Shown here piece after piece: positions 40,467 through 47,938 of a stretch of 64,000 nt of DNA. How positions within the stretch are numbered: position 1 is the first letter of the stretch; each line of letters begins with the position of its first letter. The stretch lies in IMG/VR virus record IMGVR_UViG_3300012983_000001, positions 144,434-208,433 of that record; one strand, given 5' to 3'. The position numbers and the translations under genes are program-made. The notes under the pieces were generated by a model. It was not told the origin of the DNA. It saw only the letters and a list, made by a program, of their open reading frames with translations, and searched no databases. Source of the stretch: a virus. Lineage: Duplodnaviria; Caudoviricetes.

Positions 40467-40643
40467 CTATTCCTTATTAAAGTCTACTTTAAATAGAAAC
40501 TGCTTAACCTCTTCGAACTCAAAGTTATGTACATCCCCAAGGACTTCTTTGACATGGTTATAAGCTGCAAGTAAATTTACATGATTGTCCTGAGAATATC
40601 GAAATGTCATTTCTGACACTTCTTCAAGTTCCAGATTTCTCAT
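40467..40643 (-). CDS. Small hypothetical protein (58 aa, MRNLELEEV...)
   Basis: RBS AGGAGGT; own promoter TTGCTT-17-TGnTATAAC (40696-40668); below the ORF-track cutoff. Confidence 0.65.
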   Translation of the reverse strand: MRNLELEEVSEMTFRYSQDNHVNLLAAYNHVKEVLGDVHNFEFEEVKQFLFKVDFNKE

Positions 40644-40994
40644 TATAAATTACCTCCTGTGTCTAAAGTTATATCACATTTTGTCACAAAAAGCAAATTT
40701 CACTCTATTATTCGGACCGTAGGTCCGTTTTGTTATGGTTGTATCGGGCCGTAGGCCCGCTTAACCATGGGCGCAAAAGAAACACTAATCGTTGCAACAG
40801 ATATATAGTCGCAAAATAAAACCCACCAGTTGCTTTACATTTTGGTACATGATACTCGAACAGATGTTCGGCCAGTATAGGGTAAATTTATATATATATT
40901 TTTGGGGGGAACCTGCTTTTAATCTTGTATGATGTTCTTTAGTTCGATACCCCACCCTATGTGTGGAAGACAATAAAGATTGGAGGAATTGGTT

Positions 40995-41441
40995 ATGAAG
41001 AAACATGAGAAAAGATACCATGAAGTAGTTAGTAACAAAGTAGCAAGTGTATATGTTCAGGAGTTTTATTTTCCAAAGTTTAGAACATTCACAGATGGCA
41101 CAGATACTATTGAAACACAGTACACTGAGAATATCAGTATTTGTGTAGGTAAGAGTAGACGTGCTAATAATGATTGGTTCAATGGTGATAAGACTGGAGA
41201 TAAGATACACAATAAATCTACAGGTAATATCGCTACATTCATGAGTATCGTTGATACCTTGACACTGCATATCCTTGAGTTCCATCACATCTATGGATAC
41301 TACTGTTGTACATTCACCCCTACTGATGATAAGAGACGTAAGACCTATCTTAAGGCTATCAAGCATCTGTGTAGGGAGTGCTATCTCACATTCAAGTATG
41401 TAATATGTGATGATAACGAACTAATGATATGGATTGAATAA
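40995..41441 (+). CDS. Hypothetical early protein
   Basis: ATG behind GGAGG; first gene of the plus-strand arm. Confidence 0.55.
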   Translation: MKKHEKRYHEVVSNKVASVYVQEFYFPKFRTFTDGTDTIETQYTENISICVGKSRRANNDWFNGDKTGDKIHNKSTGNIATFMSIVDTLTLHILEFHHIYGYYCCTFTPTDDKRRKTYLKAIKHLCRECYLTFKYVICDDNELMIWIE

Positions 41442-41464
41442 CTCACATTAAAGGAGGGATTGTT

Positions 41465-41656
41465 ATGAATAACCGCATAACCCTGTCTCATGATGACATG
41501 ATGCTTATCGTATCTGCATTAGCTGCATATCCAGGTGTAGTTAAGAAAATGCATCACAATGATGATTCCATGGGTGACATTACCCGTGCTACGAACCAGT
41601 GTGTCGAAATCGGTATGAAGATTATTGACATGATGGATGCAATCGAGCAGCAGTAG
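41465..41656 (+). CDS. Hypothetical early protein
   Basis: RBS AAAGGAGG, 63 aa. Confidence 0.6.
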   Translation: MNNRITLSHDDMMLIVSALAAYPGVVKKMHHNDDSMGDITRATNQCVEIGMKIIDMMDAIEQQ

Positions 41657-41660
41657 TGTA

Positions 41661-41687
41661 TGTCCTGAGCATGACAATAAAAGGCTC
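41661..41687 (+). ncRNA. Post-stop-codon H-type pseudoknot motif, copy 1
   Basis: TGTC-CT-GAGC-AT-GACA-ATAAAAG-GCTC. Confidence 0.6.
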
Positions 41688-41751
41688 TCTCCTCTGGGGG
41701 AGACTAAATAGGCAGTTAGGCCCAGAGCGTTAGTAGAAATACTAGGTCTGC
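41688..41751 (+). ncRNA. Pistol self-cleaving ribozyme
   Basis: P1 TCTCC/GGAGA with loop TCTGGG; CTAAATAG; P2 GCAG/CTGC; pseudoknot partner CCCAGA; conserved GCGT; P3 TAGTA-GAAA-TACTA; cleavage G41746/U41747. Confidence 0.9.
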
Positions 41752-41807
41752 ACACAACAAAAAATAAAATAAAGACCCATGTGTAGAGGGCAGATTGGAG
41801 AAACCAT

Positions 41808-42077
41808 ATGAGTTATCAGATGAACAACCAGGAAAACGAAGCTATGAGACAGTACAGCTACAGAGAACGTAGTCGTATAGCAAGAGAGAAAAAGAGACAG
41901 GAATTTATCTCTAACTTTATTGCTGTTGTAGTAGGTGTACTCATGATGCTTGCATTTGCGTATGCATTCGTATATGCACTTGCTAATGAACCGTTTAATG
42001 CACCTGTTGCTAATCCAGCGTACATAAACGAGTATGAAACACCAGATGTACCAAGATACATCTACCCTGAAGAGTAG
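41808..42077 (+). CDS. Small single-pass membrane protein
   Basis: Basic N-terminus then FIAVVVGVLMMLAFAYAFVYALA; flanked by two ribozymes. Confidence 0.65.
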   Translation: MSYQMNNQENEAMRQYSYRERSRIAREKKRQEFISNFIAVVVGVLMMLAFAYAFVYALANEPFNAPVANPAYINEYETPDVPRYIYPEE

Positions 42078-42163
42078 TACTACATGCAGAGTGGCATAGG
42101 GACTGTACATCCCTATGTTAATGCACTATCCCATATAGGGATACTGGTCACAAGTCCAGGTGC
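42077..42163 (+). ncRNA. Twister self-cleaving ribozyme (permuted, type P5)
   Basis: ATGCAGAGTG; closed P1 GCATAGGGA/TCCCTATGT; U/AAUGC cleavage site 42119/42120; P3 TATCCC/GGGATA; P4 CTGG-TCACAAGT-CCAG; pseudoknots CAC/GTG and AC/GT. Confidence 0.85.
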
Positions 42164-42190
42164 AAATATAATCCTAAGGAGGATAAGGTT

Positions 42191-42865
42191 ATGAAGATTA
42201 AGAATCTGTATTATGGCATTATCGGTCTTATTGCTTACTACAAGCAGACCAAGGCAAACAAGGTTAATCTTAAGGCTACTAAAGCTAATAAGGTTGACGT
42301 AGTAACTGTTGATGATAGGGAATTAAGTATTCACTACATCCCTGACATGAATAAGCGTGGTGTTGCATATGGAGCAATCTTTGTTTTCCCACATCTTGAC
42401 AAAAAGACATTCATCGGTGTGGATGACAAATTCTATGCATTACCGCAGGAATTACAACAGGCAGTGATTTACCATGAGGTAGGGCATTATGCACATGGTC
42501 ACTTTAGTAACAAGGGGTTCCGCTATATCTGGCAACAGTGTGTACAGTTAGGCAAGATTGCTGTTGCTTCTGAAGACCAGAAGGCTAACCTGTTATACGA
42601 GTTTACCATGATGACTCGTAATGACAACGAGGAGTATGAAGCAGATGCCTATGCAGTTAATAAGGTAGGAGCTCATGCTGTTGCTGCTTTGCTCTTAACG
42701 TTCTATAGCTTGTACCCTAGTGAGGAACTTGCTATCAGATATCAAAAGGTTACTGGTGAAGCAATCGAAACAAGTAGTGCTTTTCTGGAGCTTAAGAAAC
42801 AAATGGCACAACAATTTACTTCTATCTTTAAGGATGCTGAAGTAGTATCCATTGAGACTTTATAA
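42191..42865 (+). CDS. Zinc metallopeptidase-like protein (M48-type HExxH)
   Basis: AVIYHEVGHYAHGH...EYEADAYA. Confidence 0.7.
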   Translation: MKIKNLYYGIIGLIAYYKQTKANKVNLKATKANKVDVVTVDDRELSIHYIPDMNKRGVAYGAIFVFPHLDKKTFIGVDDKFYALPQELQQAVIYHEVGHYAHGHFSNKGFRYIWQQCVQLGKIAVASEDQKANLLYEFTMMTRNDNEEYEADAYAVNKVGAHAVAALLLTFYSLYPSEELAIRYQKVTGEAIETSSAFLELKKQMAQQFTSIFKDAEVVSIETL

Positions 42866-42897
42866 ACCTAGATTACATTAAGGAAAGGATGGTAGTT

Positions 42898-43518
42898 ATG
42901 ATGAACACTACAACAAACAAGGTATTGGAGAAACTAGTAAACGCAGGCGCACTGGAAAGAATCGCAAAGGACTTAAAGCTAGACAAGGTTCCAACTATTG
43001 TATATGACGGAGAAGGTGATTACGTCATGGCAGCGTCTGGACAAGTATGGGCTCGTGGTAATCTGTTCCATGAAACAGTTACAAAGACTGAAAGTGACTA
43101 TGTTATTCATGTCAACACCAAGGCCTTAGCTGATACTCAGAGACAGTATTGTATGCTGACTTTAAACCCTCAGATTATGACAGACATTACACTGATATTA
43201 CTGAAACACGAATGCCGTCATATCTGGCAATATCAGAATCAGTTCACGGTTGGTGATGTTCGCGAAAAATTCTCTTTTCGTTTAGAAGCTCATGGAGATT
43301 CCAAGGTAGAGCGTGATGCAAACGAGTACGCAGTACAGAAAAGCAAAGGCAGACGCTATATCTTAGCTCTTCATGCAAAAATGTTACAAGAGAAAAACCC
43401 ATTCTCATTTGGACCTTCTACAGAAGAGATACATTTAAACCATGAGGTAATGCGTGCGTATTTTCCTATTGCACATTACATAATCAATAAACTTACAGGA
43501 GGTAAGAAATATGTATAA
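42898..43518 (+). CDS. Zincin-like metallopeptidase (HExxH)
   Basis: LLKHECRHIWQY...VERDANEYA; RBS GAAAGGATGGT. Confidence 0.6.
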   Translation: MMNTTTNKVLEKLVNAGALERIAKDLKLDKVPTIVYDGEGDYVMAASGQVWARGNLFHETVTKTESDYVIHVNTKALADTQRQYCMLTLNPQIMTDITLILLKHECRHIWQYQNQFTVGDVREKFSFRLEAHGDSKVERDANEYAVQKSKGRRYILALHAKMLQEKNPFSFGPSTEEIHLNHEVMRAYFPIAHYIINKLTGGKKYV

Positions 43519-43825
43519 GATTAGTCAAATTGTACAGGACTGTGTCAACGGTTGCACTGCAAACAATCTCATCGAAGACTACATGCATTTCATGATTAAC
43601 TATTATGTTAATACTGAACATGGTCAGGGTACCAAGTATCGTTGTTTCGTATACAACATACAAGACTTAGAGGTCAATCTCTATCATATTATTAGAGAAA
43701 ATATCTCTCCTACTACTGATGTTGTTATTACAGACATCACCGTAAAAGACAGTGGCGAAATCATTCGTGTGAACCCTAAGAATTATTCTTACAGCATGGA
43801 CTATTTCATGGATATGCTTCGTTAA
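43511..43825 (+). CDS. Hypothetical early protein
   Basis: RBS AGGAGGT, 104 aa. Confidence 0.6.
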   Translation: MYKISQIVQDCVNGCTANNLIEDYMHFMINYYVNTEHGQGTKYRCFVYNIQDLEVNLYHIIRENISPTTDVVITDITVKDSGEIIRVNPKNYSYSMDYFMDMLR

Positions 43826-43913
43826 TCATCTTCTATTCTTTGAGGGCATCACAATGAGTGGTGTCCTTTCTAGTGTAGAAGATACACTAATTCACTATAA
43901 GGAGGTGAGCAAT

Positions 43914-44066
43914 ATGACTACTACTTATACCAAGCACACACCAACAAAAGAACCTAAGAAAACATATAATAACCATGCTAGTTTTGGTTTTTATCTTAGA
44001 ACTGGTGTGCCATACAATCCTCGTATGAGCGAGAGAGAAAAGAAGGCTTTAATAAGCCGCAGATAG
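43914..44066 (+). CDS. Small basic hypothetical protein (50 aa)
   Basis: Start moved to MTTTYT behind TAAGGAGGTGA. Confidence 0.55.
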   Translation: MTTTYTKHTPTKEPKKTYNNHASFGFYLRTGVPYNPRMSEREKKALISRR

Positions 44067-44070
44067 CACT

Positions 44071-44100
44071 GGGTCCTGGAGTATGACCTAAAACTGCTTC
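44071..44100 (+). ncRNA. Post-stop-codon H-type pseudoknot motif, copy 2
   Basis: GGGTC-CT-GGAGT-AT-GACCT-AAAACT-GCTTC. Confidence 0.6.
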
Positions 44101-44143
44101 TGTTACCAGTAAACATCCTAACATGGATTGGAGGTGATACGCC

Positions 44144-44320
44144 ATGGATGTTGATATTACACTGTCTAGTATAGCTGTGACTTATATTAAGCATGGACTT
44201 ATGAGACAAGAAGAACTGGAAGGACATAAAGACCTTCTAAAAGACTGCTTGAATAGACGCGCGATTCAAGTATTTAACAACGGCCACGAGTACGATACTC
44301 GCAAAGACTATTTTCTCTAA
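44144..44320 (+). CDS. Small hypothetical protein (58 aa, MDVDITLSS...)
   Basis: RBS GGAGGTGAT; open frame to TAA at 44320; below the ORF-track cutoff. Confidence 0.6.
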   Translation: MDVDITLSSIAVTYIKHGLMRQEELEGHKDLLKDCLNRRAIQVFNNGHEYDTRKDYFL

Positions 44321-44336
44321 GAAAGAGGTGTAGGTC

Positions 44337-45407
44337 ATGGAAGTATTAAATGTATACGTTGGCAAAGAACAGGTAAAGTTCGATTTAGGTAATCTATTGG
44401 GTGTTGATGTAGAGATATGGGATAAGCTTACATATCAGACTGCAAAGAAACATCAAGATTTAATTCCTGCGATTGAGATATGTATCGAGGATTGCCTTGG
44501 TACTGCGGTAAATATCGTAGATGAGGTTAGTTTTAAACTAGCCATTGCTGATTTAGTGAACATTATCCAAGGTGATAATGCAATAAATATTAAGGAGGAT
44601 ACTATTATGATGAACAACACTACTAACCAGAACATGGAAATGGCAATGGAAGAGATGCAGAAGAAGGCAGGCATCGGAGAATTACTCAAAGAAACAAAGG
44701 ATGCAGTTATCCACGGAGTAATTTCTAAGACACACAAGACTAAGGAACAGTACGTACAGCAGGTTGATGAATCTGCTAACGTGGTTAAGGGTGCAATGGT
44801 TGTTACTCTTGACAAGATGTCCGCAGTGCTTGGTTACAATGCTCTAAAGGAAAGTATCTTAGGCATCATTGAAGCAGGTACTTGTAATGGCAAGACTGAT
44901 TTATTCGCAATGGCCGAGGAATGCAGAAAGCGTATTGACCTTGAGGTTGAGACACTTCTTGCATGGGGTAGCGAAGAAGATTTCAGAAAGGCTGCACAGT
45001 TAAAAGCTTTATCTAAAGACCAGAGAGGCAAGTCTATCTTTGAAGCTTTAGTATCCATGTTAATTTGGATTGCTAAATGGGTAGCTAAGACACTCAGAAA
45101 ATGGTTCCAGGTAGACAATGAGAAATCCATTATTGGTGCTCTTTGCCGTGCTCTTTCTGGTTTTGCTGCTGTGGTACGTGAAGGCGTTAAGTTAGTATGG
45201 CACACTGCAAAGTTTGGTGTAAGCTTTGTAATTGCTGGCGCTATTAAGCTTGGCGTGTGGATTATCAATACATTTAAGACTTTCTGTGAAGGCATCAAAG
45301 GATGGTTTAACAAGAAGAATGAAATGATTGATGATGAGGAAGACCAGTTCTTCTTTGTTGCAGATGAAGAGGGCAATCTTGTAATTCCTGACGAAGACGA
45401 AGAATAA
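44337..45407 (+). CDS. Helical protein with amphipathic/hydrophobic C-terminal half and acidic tail
   Basis: 356 aa; possible internal start at MMNNTT behind AAGGAGG. Confidence 0.55.
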   Translation: MEVLNVYVGKEQVKFDLGNLLGVDVEIWDKLTYQTAKKHQDLIPAIEICIEDCLGTAVNIVDEVSFKLAIADLVNIIQGDNAINIKEDTIMMNNTTNQNMEMAMEEMQKKAGIGELLKETKDAVIHGVISKTHKTKEQYVQQVDESANVVKGAMVVTLDKMSAVLGYNALKESILGIIEAGTCNGKTDLFAMAEECRKRIDLEVETLLAWGSEEDFRKAAQLKALSKDQRGKSIFEALVSMLIWIAKWVAKTLRKWFQVDNEKSIIGALCRALSGFAAVVREGVKLVWHTAKFGVSFVIAGAIKLGVWIINTFKTFCEGIKGWFNKKNEMIDDEEDQFFFVADEEGNLVIPDEDEE

Positions 45408-45417
45408 TCGTCACTAC

Positions 45418-45459
45418 TAGTCCAATGGGTGTGTAAGACTATAAACTGCTATCACCCAT
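45418..45459 (+). ncRNA. Post-stop-codon H-type pseudoknot motif, copy 3 (extended)
   Basis: TAGTC-CAATGGGTGTGTAA-GACTA-TAAACT-GCTAT-CACCCAT. Confidence 0.6.
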
Positions 45460-45565
45460 AACTACTATACATATACATGAACTATACTCCCTGGTGTTAC
45501 TTGAATACGTTTACGGGTTATCTTTAACACCAGGGGGTATATGTATATATCCCACCTTAATGGTT

Positions 45566-45621
45566 TGCTGTCGTAGCGGTAAAAGTCCGTTACCTGATGA
45601 TTGGCATGAGCCGAAACAGCA
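45566..45621 (+). ncRNA. Hammerhead ribozyme (type III)
   Basis: Stem III TGCTG/CAGCA; GUC triplet (cut after 45572); stem I GTAGCGG/CCGTTAC; CTGATGA; UU insert; stem II GGC-ATGA-GCC; GAAA. Confidence 0.85.
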
Positions 45622-45719
45622 TCAGAGATTCTCACGCGGGGATGGTAAGGATAACATCGTTAAGACTTCCAAACACTATAAACTATTTTATGGGTTGATA
45701 ACCCAGAAAGGAGTATAGC

Positions 45720-46592
45720 ATGAAACAGAAAACAACTACTAGTCATGCAAAGAAGGCGACTACTACAAGTAACGCCAAGACCGCAACCAACAACCAGAAC
45801 ACTACACAGGAGGTAGCTACTATGAAGAACGCAAACGTACACGCAACTGATTATTTATCCAAGGATAAGATTCGTGAAGAACTTAAAGTGCTCGGTATTG
45901 AGTTATCCAACTCTAAGTTCAAGAACACCAAGAGAGAAGTATTACTTGAGATGCTTGAAGCTAAGAAGGCAGAGACTACTACTGCTAATGCAACTAAGCC
46001 TGCTATGCCAATTGCACCTGTATCTACTGACATTCCTGTTGGTGATTTAGAGATTACCAAAGACAATGCTCCTCAGGAGATTCCAGTAGAACAGGAACAA
46101 CCGAAAAAGAGCACCGTACAGATTCTCTACGATGTAGTTGCTAACTGCTGTTACGTACAGTATTACAGCAAGAAGCAGGTTGCTAAGAACTATGTCAGCG
46201 ATTATATGTTGAAGTCCTGTATTAACCATGTACTTCACGGCAAGTACTCCAAGGAAAAGAATGGACAGGATAATACATTCACGGATATTCAGCAGAAGCA
46301 GACCGAGTTCATTAAGGATAAGTTAATCCAGGCTGGTTTTGTTACCGAACATAAGGGTACAGGTTATATCATCAAGGCAAGACTCATGGCATGGTACTAC
46401 GAGGGAGCTCTGAAGCTTCATGTTGTTTACAGATTCCGCTACGAAGATAAGTCCAAGGGCTATGTAGACTACAAGGTAGACTTTGCTAAGAACGAGCTGC
46501 TTAATCTCCGTGACAACAAGGTTACCAAGCTGGATGATGCAGGCTGGGCTAAGGTTGATGCAACTCTCAACTTCAACAGAACTATGAAATAA
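45720..46592 (+). CDS. Hypothetical protein with a possible HeH/Rho-N-like nucleic-acid-binding motif
   Basis: LSKDKIREELKVLGIEL...TKREVLLEML; alternative start MKNANV behind GGAGGT. Confidence 0.5.
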   Translation: MKQKTTTSHAKKATTTSNAKTATNNQNTTQEVATMKNANVHATDYLSKDKIREELKVLGIELSNSKFKNTKREVLLEMLEAKKAETTTANATKPAMPIAPVSTDIPVGDLEITKDNAPQEIPVEQEQPKKSTVQILYDVVANCCYVQYYSKKQVAKNYVSDYMLKSCINHVLHGKYSKEKNGQDNTFTDIQQKQTEFIKDKLIQAGFVTEHKGTGYIIKARLMAWYYEGALKLHVVYRFRYEDKSKGYVDYKVDFAKNELLNLRDNKVTKLDDAGWAKVDATLNFNRTMK

Positions 46593-46631
46593 TGCAACAG
46601 CTCCTGGATGTGCTGAAAGGAGGTGATTAAC

Positions 46632-46685
46632 ATGCACATTCAAAACCTTTACCAACCGCTTGCTCCCGCTTTCCCAAACTGGTAA
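46632..46685 (+). CDS. 17-aa peptide MHIQNLYQPLAPAFPNW
   Basis: Perfect RBS AAAGGAGGTGAT just upstream of the ATG. Confidence 0.4.
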   Translation: MHIQNLYQPLAPAFPNW

Positions 46686-46754
46686 CCATAATACGATGAT
46701 AATACAACAGCGCCCCGTTAGGGGCGCTGACTCCAAGAAAGGATGGTGCTTTAT

Positions 46755-47168
46755 ATGTCTTACAGTATCTTTGACAAATGTCTTACCGCAGATGGTTGCA
46801 AATATTACTGCAACCAGGTGGCTAATCGTCTCGGCCTTAAGCCGTTCTTTTATTATTACGACAAGCTCAACAATCTTCAATTCCCTGGGAACTCTAATGT
46901 ACATTCATTCAAGGAGTTTCGTGAATATGAGAGCTGGAGAATTAAGTTCAACTTAACTAATCCAGCTACTATTAAGAAAGCAGGCCTTGATGAGTATGTA
47001 TTGAAGCATAAGGAGCTTGCGTTCCATTTAACAATTAAGGGTTACTCTTTCCTGTTAATGTGCAAATTCTCACAGCCTAACCATAATGAAGCTGCTTGTA
47101 CTATACAGGAAACTGTTAAACCCATTTATATAGAAGAAACTAATGGCCAGTTAAGATTAAACTTATAA
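46755..47168 (+). CDS. Hypothetical early protein
   Basis: Start moved to MSYSIF behind AAGAAAGGATGGT. Confidence 0.55.
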   Translation: MSYSIFDKCLTADGCKYYCNQVANRLGLKPFFYYYDKLNNLQFPGNSNVHSFKEFREYESWRIKFNLTNPATIKKAGLDEYVLKHKELAFHLTIKGYSFLLMCKFSQPNHNEAACTIQETVKPIYIEETNGQLRLNL

Positions 47169-47181
47169 GGAGGAACTCATT

Positions 47182-47751
47182 ATGAAGAACACAATTATCG
47201 AAGCTATGAAGAAACTCAACCAGGAACTTGTTCACCGCTGTATTGTTTATGATGCTCCAGATATTCCTGACCAGTACAATCAGTGTGCATCTCTGGATGG
47301 AGTGTACGACTGGGGATTTACTGTTGTTACCTACTGTGATGTTCTTGACCCAATCATGACTTTCTATGACTGGGAATTTCAGAGCATTGTATCCATTGAT
47401 TTGGATGATGAGACTCAGTATCACTTACGTCATGGAATGTTATCTGTCAAGCAGTCCTATATGTTTAGTGATACGGTTCAGAAGTTTGTTGTAAATCTTA
47501 CCCGCGGTGCTGCTGTTCATGAGAAAGATATCCAGGCAATTGGGTACATGCCAAACTTAGGTCTCTCTGATGATAAGAGATTCTATGCCTTAAAGGATGG
47601 ACGTATCTATTATAAGAAAGACGGGGATTCTTTAAGATTATTGAAGGATACCACAGTACTTGACTTGATTCGACAAGGCTTTGAGATTATTCAGCCAGAG
47701 AACTATGGTGCGAATATTAATATCTTGAACGATATGATATGTAGAATGTAG
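47182..47751 (+). CDS. Hypothetical early protein
   Basis: RBS TAAGGAGG, 189 aa. Confidence 0.6.
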   Translation: MKNTIIEAMKKLNQELVHRCIVYDAPDIPDQYNQCASLDGVYDWGFTVVTYCDVLDPIMTFYDWEFQSIVSIDLDDETQYHLRHGMLSVKQSYMFSDTVQKFVVNLTRGAAVHEKDIQAIGYMPNLGLSDDKRFYALKDGRIYYKKDGDSLRLLKDTTVLDLIRQGFEIIQPENYGANINILNDMICRM

Positions 47752-47813
47752 CCTTCGGCCCTGACTAAGAGGCGCGTTCTAGTCTCTGTGAGGTACTAAA
47801 CTGAACTGCGTTC

Positions 47814-47842
47814 AGTTTAGCATGTTTTAGAGGTTTTGTCAA
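47814..47842 (-). promoter_or_regulatory. sigmaA-type promoter, leftward
   Basis: TTGACA-17 bp-TAAACT with extended TG. Confidence 0.7.
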
Positions 47843-47909
47843 GACCTAAAAATAAGGTTCCCCAAGAAGAGGAACCTCTGTGTCGCTTAGCGTATCTGTC
47901 GATACGCTA

Positions 47910-47938
47910 AGTATAACACGGAAATAGAGGTTTGTCAA
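47910..47938 (-). promoter_or_regulatory. sigmaA-type promoter, leftward
   Basis: TTGACA-17 bp-TATACT with extended TG. Confidence 0.75.

Noticed and set aside
40785-41366. 193-aa minus-strand ORF, and other antisense ORFs in the track such as 44834-45376, 46323-46904 and 56511-57164
   Set aside because: Shadow frames opposite RBS-supported genes, with no RBS or recognisable motifs
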